A stretch of DNA of 55,120 nt, taken from contig CAZYPS010000001.1 of the NCBI GenBank assembly GCA_964649445.1, forward strand, positions 1 to 55,120, given 5' to 3'. The DNA is from an uncultured Thermotogae bacterium (GTDB lineage Bacteria > Bipolaricaulota > Bipolaricaulia > M55B111). The position numbers and the translations under genes are program-made. Positions 18,241 through 25,565 of this stretch are shown one piece after another. Each line of letters begins with the position of its first letter. Within the stretch, counting starts at the first letter, position 1. The notes under the pieces are model-generated. The model was not told the DNA's origin. It saw nothing but the letters and a program-made list of their open reading frames with translations, and ran no database searches.

Positions 18241-18269
18241 CCGAAAGATACAGGCAGAAAGCGGCCAGC

Positions 18270-19682
18270 TTAAACTTCGAAGGACTGTTCGAACGCGTAG
18301 CCGGCCCTGAGGATTTTCTTTTCCGCCAGACTTTCACCCATGATCTGTAAACCAACGGGCAATCCTTCTACTTCCCCACCAGGTACGGACATAGCTGGGA
18401 TTCCCGCCAGATTGACCGGGACTATGAATATATCGGAAAGATACATCTCCAGCGGATCCTCGATCTTTTCGCCGATTTTGAACGCCGGAGTGGGTGAGGT
18501 CGGTGCCACTATTAGATCTACCTCATCAAATGCTTGATCGAAGTCTCGTTTTATAAGCCGACGGGTCTTCTGGGCTTTGCCGTAGTATTCGTCGTAATAA
18601 CCGGCTGATAGGGCATAAGTTCCGAGCAATATTCTTCGCTTAACCTCGGGCCCAAAACCTTCGTCCCTGCTTCTGGAAAACAGCTCCTCAATTGAATCGG
18701 TGTCGGCTCTACTGGTATACCTTACTCCGTCAAACCTTGCGAGGTTGGCGCTTGCCTCGGAGCTGGCAATTATGTAGTACGTTGCGATTGCGTATTCCGA
18801 GTGAGGCAGTGATATTTCCGTTACTTCCGCTCCGAGGTTCTCGAATGTTTTCCTCCACTTTTTGGCCTTGTCCTGAATTTCGCTATCCAGTTCTTCCCCA
18901 AAATATTCCTTCGGAAGTCCGATCCTCAGCCCTTCTATTCCCCTGTCAATTCCTTTTGTGTAGTCATAGGTTTCTTCCACCGCGGAAGTGGAATCCATCT
19001 CGTCATGTCTGGCGAGATAATTGAGCAATAAGGCCGAGTCATAAACGTCTTTAGTAATCGGTCCAATTTGATCCAGCGAGGAAGCAAAAGCCGTTAGGCC
19101 ATATCTGGAAATCAGGCCGTATGTCGGTTTCAGACCGACGACACCACAGAAAGCGGCCGGATGCCTGACAGAACCGCCAGTATCGGAACCGAGTGCGTAG
19201 ACCGCTTCATCGGCCGCAACAGCTGCTGCGGACCCTCCGGACGAACCGCCAGGTACCCGGGAAAGATTTGCAGGATTCCTCGTCGTTTGAAAATAGGAAT
19301 TTTCTGTCGAGGAACCCATGGCAAATTCGTCCATGTTGGCCTTGCCGAGTATTGGTGAGCCGGCTTCCTTGAGGGTTTTCACCACCGTAGCATCGTAGAC
19401 GGAGTCGTAGTCCTCTAAAAATTTCGATCCACAGGTAGTCCTGAAACCAAGAGTTTGTATGTTATCTTTTATTGCTCCGGGAATACCTTTCAGCGGACGG
19501 TCGATAAGTTCTCGGGCTTTTTCCAGTAGGTCGTTTCTGTTGGCAAGCTCCAGATAAGCCTGAACGTCTGACTCGCTATCGTCAATTTCCTCAAATAGGT
19601 CATTGATGAGTCTTTCCAGTTTTTCCGGGGACTCCTCCAGTAAATCTATTAATTCGTGAAGTGTAAGTTCGTTTAATGAGAT
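18270..19682 (-). CDS. gatA: Glu/Asp-tRNA amidotransferase subunit A
   Basis: Amidase signature GGSSGGSAAAVA and NMDEFAMGSSTENS. The frame is open 99 codons upstream of the track start and encodes (M)SLNELTLHELIDLL...GIPGAIKDNIQTLGFRTTCGSKFLEDYDSVYDATVV, which is collinear with GatA N-termini. The only plausible initiator is the ATC at 19682-19680, 8 nt after GGGAGG. Confidence 0.88.
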   Translation of the reverse strand: MSLNELTLHELIDLLEESPEKLERLINDLFEEIDDSESDVQAYLELANRNDLLEKARELIDRPLKGIPGAIKDNIQTLGFRTTCGSKFLEDYDSVYDATVVKTLKEAGSPILGKANMDEFAMGSSTENSYFQTTRNPANLSRVPGGSSGGSAAAVAADEAVYALGSDTGGSVRHPAAFCGVVGLKPTYGLISRYGLTAFASSLDQIGPITKDVYDSALLLNYLARHDEMDSTSAVEETYDYTKGIDRGIEGLRIGLPKEYFGEELDSEIQDKAKKWRKTFENLGAEVTEISLPHSEYAIATYYIIASSEASANLARFDGVRYTSRADTDSIEELFSRSRDEGFGPEVKRRILLGTYALSAGYYDEYYGKAQKTRRLIKRDFDQAFDEVDLIVAPTSPTPAFKIGEKIEDPLEMYLSDIFIVPVNLAGIPAMSVPGGEVEGLPVGLQIMGESLAEKKILRAGYAFEQSFEV

Positions 19683-19782
19683 TGGAACTACCTCCCATAA
19701 TGGAGATTATATCCGGTTTTTTTCTGTTTTCTTAACCTTTATGAATTATAACCGGTGGGTTGTTACGATCAAATGAGATCAA

Positions 19783-19813
19783 TAAAAAAGGACTGCGAGG
19801 AAAATCCCCGCAG
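19783..19813 (-). terminator. Intrinsic terminator downstream of trpB2
   Basis: The minus strand reads CUGCGGGG-AUUUU-CCUCGCAG (8 bp including one G-U) followed by UCCUUUUUUAUU. Confidence 0.6.
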
Positions 19814-19889
19814 CCCCGAGCGTAGATTTAGTCACCTAGACCGCCTGGAGCAGCCAATTATTTGTCGTTACTGAACTCTAGATATCTTA

Positions 19890-21221
19890 TCATTGATCCG
19901 GGCCCTCATGGTAAACGTCTTCCAATTTTCCGGCAAGGTAGTCGTCGTAGGCCGCCATGTCGAAGTTTCCGTGACCGCTATAGTTAAAGACAATGGTCTT
20001 ATCTTCGTTTTCCTTTTTAGCTTTTTTGGCTTCGTCAATTGCCACTTTGATGGCATGAGCTGATTCCGGAGCAGGAATGTAGCCTTCCGTGTTGGCGAAG
20101 GTAAGAGCTGCCTCGAATACCTCCGTTTGCTCAAGAGCTCTGGCGGTCATGTAATCTTTACTGTGGAGACGGCCGACTATCGGAGCCATTCCGTGGTACC
20201 TCAATCCACCGGCGTGAATTCCGTCGGGAACGAAGTCATGACCGAGCGTATACATATTCATCAACGGAGTCATCTCGCCGCTGTCGGCGTAGTCATACTT
20301 CTGGGTACCTTTGGTCAGGGTCGGACATGCAGTTGCTTCGGCTCCAATGAGTTTGATGTTCTCTCCCTCGGCAATAATATCTTCGAGGAAGGGCAGGACG
20401 AGACCACCAAAGTTGCTACCCCCGCCCGTGCAGCCGATTAGGACGTCAGGTTTTTGTCCATCTTTTTCGAGCTGTAGCCTGGTTTCCTTTCCCAGTATCG
20501 ACTGGTGTATGAGCACGTGGTTAAGCACGCTACCCAGGGAATACTTCGCTTCGTCGGATTTGGTTGCCAGTTCTATGGCTTCGCTGATTGCCATTCCCAG
20601 CGTGCCGTCCGTATCGGGTTTCTCCTCCAGAAAGCTCCGCCCGACCTCGGTTTCTTCCGAAGGGCTGGGGACAATATCTCCGTTCCAGCTCTGGATCATG
20701 GACTTTCTATAAGGTTTCTGGTCGTAACTTACTCTTACCATGAAAACTTTTGCGTTTATTCCAAACTGCGAAGTAGTGAAACTCAAGGCACTTCCCCACT
20801 GGCCTGCGCCGGTCTCCGTAGTTAGTGTTTCCAACCCTTCCTGTTTGGCGTAATAGGTCTGGGGAAGGGCGGTGTTGGGTTTATGACTGCCCGGGGGAGA
20901 CGCACCTTCGTACTTGAAGTATATTCTAGCTGGTGTGCCTAGTTCCTGTTCTAGATTGGTTGCCCTTATCAGCGGTGTAGGTCTCCAGATTTTGTACTTT
21001 TCCCGGACTTCCTCCGGAATATCTACTTCCTCTGTCTGACTTACCTCAAGATCTATTGACCCCTCGGGGAATATTTTCTTGAGTTCCTCCGGTTTCATCG
21101 GCTCTTCCGTTTCCGGATTGAGTGGTGGTTCAAGCGGATTTTCGAACAATGGCAGGGGATTGAACCAACTAGTTGGCATGTCTGTTTGGTCAAGATGGAT
21201 CATTTTATTTTTATTTTTCAT
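19890..21221 (-). CDS. trpB: Tryptophan synthase beta-like PLP enzyme, TrpB2 class (stand-alone)
   Basis: The long N-terminal TrpB2-type extension ([12 protein letters not shown]...PEEL...IWRPTPL) and GGGSNFGG are present. I trimmed the start to the ATG at 21221, 6 nt after AGGAGG. No other trp genes are nearby. Confidence 0.85.
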   Translation of the reverse strand: MKNKNKMIHLDQTDMPTSWFNPLPLFENPLEPPLNPETEEPMKPEELKKIFPEGSIDLEVSQTEEVDIPEEVREKYKIWRPTPLIRATNLEQELGTPARIYFKYEGASPPGSHKPNTALPQTYYAKQEGLETLTTETGAGQWGSALSFTTSQFGINAKVFMVRVSYDQKPYRKSMIQSWNGDIVPSPSEETEVGRSFLEEKPDTDGTLGMAISEAIELATKSDEAKYSLGSVLNHVLIHQSILGKETRLQLEKDGQKPDVLIGCTGGGSNFGGLVLPFLEDIIAEGENIKLIGAEATACPTLTKGTQKYDYADSGEMTPLMNMYTLGHDFVPDGIHAGGLRYHGMAPIVGRLHSKDYMTARALEQTEVFEAALTFANTEGYIPAPESAHAIKVAIDEAKKAKKENEDKTIVFNYSGHGNFDMAAYDDYLAGKLEDVYHEGPDQ

Positions 21222-21480
21222 AGTAGACCTCCTGTTGATAGGAATAATACAACTTGGGATAATAAAGAAATTAAACGCATCAACTACGGAATGAGGTTTT
21301 TTTGGTATTACCAAGCAGGTTCAAGCTGCTCCGGGAAGAAAGTCGATAGTTTTAGGTGAATCGAAACTACGGGAAGGACGTCCGTGGTAGAAGTGCAGAA
21401 AAAGGCGGGGCTAGAAATTGTCAGCTTTTTAGTGGGTTCAGCCGAGCCAAACCCGATCACCGAAATTCATTATCATCACC

Positions 21481-21509
21481 TTGTACATTAATTTTTAATA
21501 GTATATTAT
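21481..21509 (+). promoter_or_regulatory. Candidate promoter upstream of tRNA-Ala(GGC)
   Basis: TTGTAC - 17 nt - TATTAT. The context is AT-rich, so chance matches are likely. Confidence 0.2.
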
Positions 21510-21603
21510 AATCGGGATAATTAATCAACTAGTTCTCCGGAAGCTCTATGGCTTAGACCTCCTTGCATACTTTATAACTCTAACTTATTATTAATCCATC
21601 AAC

Positions 21604-21679
21604 GGGGCCGTAGCTCAGTCGGGAGAGCGCGTGGTCGGCATCCACGAGGTCACGGGTTCGAATCCCGTCGGCTCCACCA
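21604..21679 (+). tRNA. tRNA-Ala (anticodon GGC), CCA encoded
   Basis: The cloverleaf was folded by hand: acceptor GGGGCCG/CGGCTCC with G3:U70, D arm gctc/gagc, anticodon stem cgtgg/ccacg, loop tcGGCat, T arm acggg-ttcgaat-cccgt. Position 33 is C rather than U. Confidence 0.88.
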
Positions 21680-21732
21680 CCCTTCTTACCTAAAACTTTC
21701 TGGAACATCGAAGTTGTAAATTTCAAATTTAA

Positions 21733-21760
21733 ATGTCCTGGAAAATATGTCCTGGAAAAT
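21733..21760. repeat. Perfect tandem duplication, 2 x 14 nt (atgtcctggaaaat)
   Basis: Read directly: 21733-21746 equals 21747-21760. It lies 54 nt downstream of the tRNA-Ala 3' end. Confidence 0.9.
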
Positions 21761-22108
21761 TCAGGGTATTAGTTTGAGTTTGATATAACCTAAAGTGCCC
21801 TTTATTGGGAAGTTCTAATATAAAACTGATTTAGTAAGCTAATTGCTTTTTCGTTGTTCGAGGAATCAAAAACGATGAGACTCTCGGCTTCTCTTAATAC
21901 CGTTTGGAAAGAGAAGCGGGAAATTGGAAAGGTTCCGGAGGCCGGGAAGCTCTGGAAACACAGGCGGGTCCTGTGAACCACCGCTTACCAGATTGGGGCA
22001 TATTTTAGCCTCTATAGAAGTAGTTACTATCCTGACGTTTTACATCGTCGCTTCGGTGATCACAGGAGACCACCCCCTTTTCATCACCGAAATTAGCCGA
22101 GAATGCTC

Positions 22109-22220
22109 TCCAGCACCCACTTTAGTATTGACCACGAGCGGAGATAAATAATTACAGCTGGAGTTTTTCGCTGTAAATCAAAACCCATAACCGCTCGTAG
22201 ATACTAAAGTGGGTGCTGGA
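22109..22220 (-). repeat. Dispersed long-hairpin repeat, long variant H4 (112 nt, rod-like)
   Basis: The outer 20-bp perfect stem is tccagcacccactttagtat / atactaaagtgggtgctgga. There is an inner 8-bp stem acgagcgg/ccgctcgt and an apical 7-bp stem ttacagc/gctgtaa. It shares the tccagcac...gtgctgga termini with rnpB P12 and the 10-mer tgtaaatcaa with H5. Confidence 0.75.
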
Positions 22221-22556
22221 TCTCGAGTTTTCGAAGAAGGTGGCTTTTTGGTTGAAATAGTTTTGTTATAAGCCCCGACCGGAAGTGCGGGGAAATTGAC
22301 TCCTTTCTTCTTCCTTCAGCTCAATTCCAGCAGTATATCGTATAACTTCGAGTGATCAGGGGGGACAGATTTATAAAGGTTAGTTTAATTTCAGTTCGAC
22401 CGGACCGTGGTTCATACCTAGATGGGGGTTGAAAGGGGGAATATAATTAAATGAAGTAAAAAAGGTCCTTTACAGATAAATTGATTTTTGGTTTTTTCGA
22501 TTTATCCTGGGCTGATATATTCTCGGCTTTACATTGATGCTTAACCATCTATATTC

Positions 22557-22675
22557 CCACCCAGGAAGGGAAAAGTCGATTGGGAAAGGTTTTCCGGGCT
22601 GGGGTTTCTGCCTCCTTCCCCAGTTCGGTTTTTCCCTCCCAACTCGGCTGAGGGCCCTATTCCCGACCTGGGTGG
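22557..22675 (+). ncRNA. Candidate structured RNA: 119-nt extended stem-loop of four coaxial helices
   Basis: Hand-paired helices: 22557-65/22667-75 (9 bp), 22568-72/22660-64 (5 bp), 22577-84/22638-46 (8 bp plus a bulge) and 22594-604/22618-28 (11 bp, two G-U pairs that would be C-A on the other strand). Confidence 0.3.
22594..22633 (+). terminator. Terminator-like hairpin plus T5 on the + strand in a region with no credible gene
   Basis: ccgggctgggg-(13 nt)-ccccagttcgg followed by ttttt. No + strand CDS lies upstream, so it would terminate a noncoding transcript if functional. Confidence 0.35.
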
Positions 22676-22757
22676 AACATTGAAATGCACTCTATAATAT
22701 CAAACCGAAACTAGGTCGATCAACCTGATAGGGAAAGTTTTTAACTATAGTAGTGAT

Positions 22758-23816
22758 TCAGCCTCGTTCTCTCGAAATTTTTACCTGATTTCCAAGAGTA
22801 GCCTCAATTTCTTCACCGGCAAGATTTATTTCGACGTTTTCCCCTATTAGAGATTGAACCGTTTTTACCTTATTTAGTTGTGATTGATCCATAATAATTG
22901 AATTTCTGACCTCCGCGTCGCGAACTACTACGTTTTCTCCTACTGTGGCGTTTGGTCCCACTGTAGAATTAATTATGCGGGCTCCTTCGGCTACGTGTGC
23001 TGGTCCCCGTAGCTCGCTATTTTCAATCTGGCTGGTTTCTGCTACTATTATTTTTTCCCGATCCGTGAGTGTCGAACTTTTAACTTTTCCTTCTATTTGA
23101 CCCTCGGCTTCATCTAACAGAACCCGATTTGCTTTTAACGCATCCGAGGGTCGACCTACGTCCAGCCACCAGCCCTCAAGCTCCGTCGGAGTTACGGGTT
23201 TCCCTTTGTTTATCAGTTGGGCAATTGCATCCGTTATCTCAAGTTCCCCCCGATCCGAAGGCTCTATATCCTCGATTGCAGAAAAGATATCCTGATCGAA
23301 AAGGTAGGTACCGACGATTGCAAGGTTACTGGGAGGATCATCCGGTTTCTCAACGAGGTTTACGATTCTTCCATTCTCGATTTCTGCTACTCCGAACCTT
23401 TCGGGATCGTCTACCGGAGCGAGCAGGATTGACGCAGCTGGTTCTTCTTTCTCGAACCTGCCGACCATCTCCGTAAGGCCGTAACTCAAAAGGTTGTCTC
23501 CGAGATAAACAAGAAAAGGATCGTCTTCGGCGAAATCACGAGCACAGGCGACTGCGTGAGCAAGTCCCTTTGGATTCTCCTGGTGTATATATGTGATTGA
23601 TGCACCCCATTTTGAGGAACCGAGCGCTTCTCGGTAGAGGGACTCCATTTCAGGCGAAACTACGAGTCCGACTTCAGTTATTCCGGCGTCTATGACTTTT
23701 TCTACGTTGTACTGCAGTATTGGTTTATTAGCTACCGGGATAAGATGCTTCGGCGTGGAGTAACTTATAGGACGCATTCTCGTGCCCTTTCCAGCACAGA
23801 GAAATACTCCTTTCAA
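22758..23816 (-). CDS. Sugar-phosphate nucleotidyltransferase with C-terminal left-handed beta-helix (glucose-1-phosphate thymidylyl/uridylyltransferase-like)
   Basis: G-x-G-T-R motif (LCAGKGTRMRP), GDNL, and hexapeptide-repeat-like C-terminal third. I trimmed the start to the TTG at 23816 (MKGVFLCAGKGTR), 5 nt after GAGGTGA. Confidence 0.8.
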   Translation of the reverse strand: MKGVFLCAGKGTRMRPISYSTPKHLIPVANKPILQYNVEKVIDAGITEVGLVVSPEMESLYREALGSSKWGASITYIHQENPKGLAHAVACARDFAEDDPFLVYLGDNLLSYGLTEMVGRFEKEEPAASILLAPVDDPERFGVAEIENGRIVNLVEKPDDPPSNLAIVGTYLFDQDIFSAIEDIEPSDRGELEITDAIAQLINKGKPVTPTELEGWWLDVGRPSDALKANRVLLDEAEGQIEGKVKSSTLTDREKIIVAETSQIENSELRGPAHVAEGARIINSTVGPNATVGENVVVRDAEVRNSIIMDQSQLNKVKTVQSLIGENVEINLAGEEIEATLGNQVKISRERG

Positions 23817-24055
23817 GGTAATCACCTCTGTTGAGCTATTGGTTGGAGTCTTGGAGTTTGGTGTGATCCATAGAAATATGATGTAAGGAGAAGAGGTTTT
23901 TTTCAACTATGCACTAACTCCTTTTGTAAACGATGAACCCAGAGGAGGAACGATTCATTCGGGCCGGAGCGGCCATCTATTATCTATTGTTTTTACGTCC
24001 CCCTGGCTTAAAATTTTACCAACCTCAATATTTAACCTAAGAAGGGGGAAAATTC

Positions 24056-24763
24056 ATGGCCGCGCAGCCCGTTGTAACGATTTATGGGAATTCCGATTCC
24101 GGAAAGACAGAGTTGGTTGTAAAACTCGTTGAAGTGTTCGTCGGTGAGGGAGTTGAAGTTTGTACGATCAAACACAGCCCCAGCAAGCTAAGACTGGACG
24201 AGGAAGGTAAGGACAGCTGGAAACATAAAAAAGCTGGTTCTCGGTTGACCGTGCTTGCTACTGAGGTGGAGACCTCCTTCCTCGTGCCGCGCGAGATGAA
24301 GCTGGTAGAGATCGAGGAAACCCTGGAAAGGATAGGGGGCTTTGATCTTATAATAGCCGAGGGGTACAAAGATTCAGATGCTCCGAAGGTGGCTGTTGGA
24401 GATATAGATCCTCGGGACAATACCCTGCATGAATACAACGGTGATTTTCCCGAGCTTAAGCGAAAAATTAATGACCTAATTGATCTTAAGGGGATCGAGG
24501 ATGACCTTCCGGGTATAGATTGTGGGAGATGTGGCTACGATAGTTGCGAAGAGCTGGCAAGGGCTATATTGCAGGGAGAGAAGAAACTTTCCGACTGTGA
24601 GGTTAGAGAGCAACGCAGAGTAATGCTGAAAGTTAACGGAGAAGACGTCCCGCTGGAGAACTTTCCCGCCCAATTTGTCGAAGGGGGGTTAAAAGGAATG
24701 TTGCGTTCTCTCAAGGGAGTCGACGACGAGATTGACCAAATTTCCCTCGAAATTCGCGACTGA
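24056..24763 (+). CDS. mobB: MobB-like P-loop GTPase fused to a Cys-rich Fe-S-type domain
   Basis: MobB-like N-terminus with P-loop (IYGNSDSGKTELV...IKH). The C-terminal half carries CGRCGYDSCEELARAILQGEKKLSDC. Confidence 0.7.
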   Translation: MAAQPVVTIYGNSDSGKTELVVKLVEVFVGEGVEVCTIKHSPSKLRLDEEGKDSWKHKKAGSRLTVLATEVETSFLVPREMKLVEIEETLERIGGFDLIIAEGYKDSDAPKVAVGDIDPRDNTLHEYNGDFPELKRKINDLIDLKGIEDDLPGIDCGRCGYDSCEELARAILQGEKKLSDCEVREQRRVMLKVNGEDVPLENFPAQFVEGGLKGMLRSLKGVDDEIDQISLEIRD

Positions 24764-24785
24764 ACACGCTTAGAGCCAGCCAGTA

Positions 24786-25493
24786 ATGATCGGCCCGGCA
24801 CTTGCTCAATTCGATCTTTTTACCGCTCAAGTTTCGAAACGGGACAGCAGGGTGACGGTAATTGCTTCGGACCGGGATACGGAATTCAGGGCTCACCTTA
24901 GAAATACAGGAAGGCTCGAAAACTTAATTTATCCTGGAGTGACCATAACCTGTGAGTGGAAGGAGAGTGGGAAAACTGACGCAAGGGTTATCGGAGCAGT
25001 GGATGGCGGAGCTCACGTTCTACTGGACACTTACGTCCAGGAGAAATCGTTCGGCAAAATTCTTGAGGATGGTCTCCTTAAGAGGTTTTCGTCGGATCTT
25101 GACATCAAAAGTCAGGTTTCTTTTGAGGGGAAAAGGTTTGATTTCGGCATAAAACCGGACGGGAAAACGGGGTATATCGAATTAAAGTCCGCCGTCACGT
25201 GCAAAAGTGGCTGGGCGAGCTATCCGGATGCTCCTTCGGAACGTGGTCTTGAGCATCTTGACGTGCTGGAGAGGATTTCCAGAGAAGGCCACCCAGCGTA
25301 CGTGGTTTTTACCGTAACTCACCCGGATTGCGACAGGTTTAGGCCGAACGGCGATGTTCAACCAGAGATGGTTGCCAGGTTGCAGTCCGCAGAGGAAGCG
25401 GGCGTGGATATTTTCGCAGTAAAAATGGTGATAACGGAAGAAGGGAAGGTTTTGCTTTCGAATTCGGACGTTCCAGTCAGCCTGCAATACTAG
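24786..25493 (+). CDS. sfsA: SfsA-family protein (sugar fermentation stimulation protein homologue, nuclease fold)
   Basis: The SfsA pattern is HLRNTGRL...GKRFDF...GYIELKS...RGLEHL...VVF. Confidence 0.8.
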   Translation: MIGPALAQFDLFTAQVSKRDSRVTVIASDRDTEFRAHLRNTGRLENLIYPGVTITCEWKESGKTDARVIGAVDGGAHVLLDTYVQEKSFGKILEDGLLKRFSSDLDIKSQVSFEGKRFDFGIKPDGKTGYIELKSAVTCKSGWASYPDAPSERGLEHLDVLERISREGHPAYVVFTVTHPDCDRFRPNGDVQPEMVARLQSAEEAGVDIFAVKMVITEEGKVLLSNSDVPVSLQY

Positions 25494-25565
25494 CCTTCGG
25501 CAGTTTATTCAGGTTCGGTGGGACTTTCACCTTTTCAATAACTGGAGTATAATTATAGGTCATTC

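Noticed and set aside
21222-21603. A possible T-box, Trp-leader peptide or attenuator upstream of trpB2.
   Set aside because: I found no specifier or T-box sequence, no tandem Trp codons in a short ORF and no terminator/antiterminator pair. The only palindrome (ttggtattaccaa) lacks a U-tract in the right orientation.
21925-21995. SRP-RNA-like strings (ccggaggccgggaagc and ggcgggtcctgtgaaccaccgc resemble helix-8 and Alu-domain motifs).
   Set aside because: The order of the motifs is wrong for SRP RNA on either strand. I could not draw a GGAA-capped helix 8 or a long helix 5.
21924-22151. A 75-aa + strand ORF in the region after tRNA-Ala that has no credible gene.
   Set aside because: It has no SD, a non-ATG start and odd composition. 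It also runs into the 20-bp arm of a palindromic repeat.
21680-22757. An integrated mobile element at the tRNA-Ala 3' end.
   Set aside because: There is no integrase or phage/plasmid gene, and I found no direct repeat of the tRNA 3' segment (att-like). I kept it only as a minor alternative in the corresponding finding.
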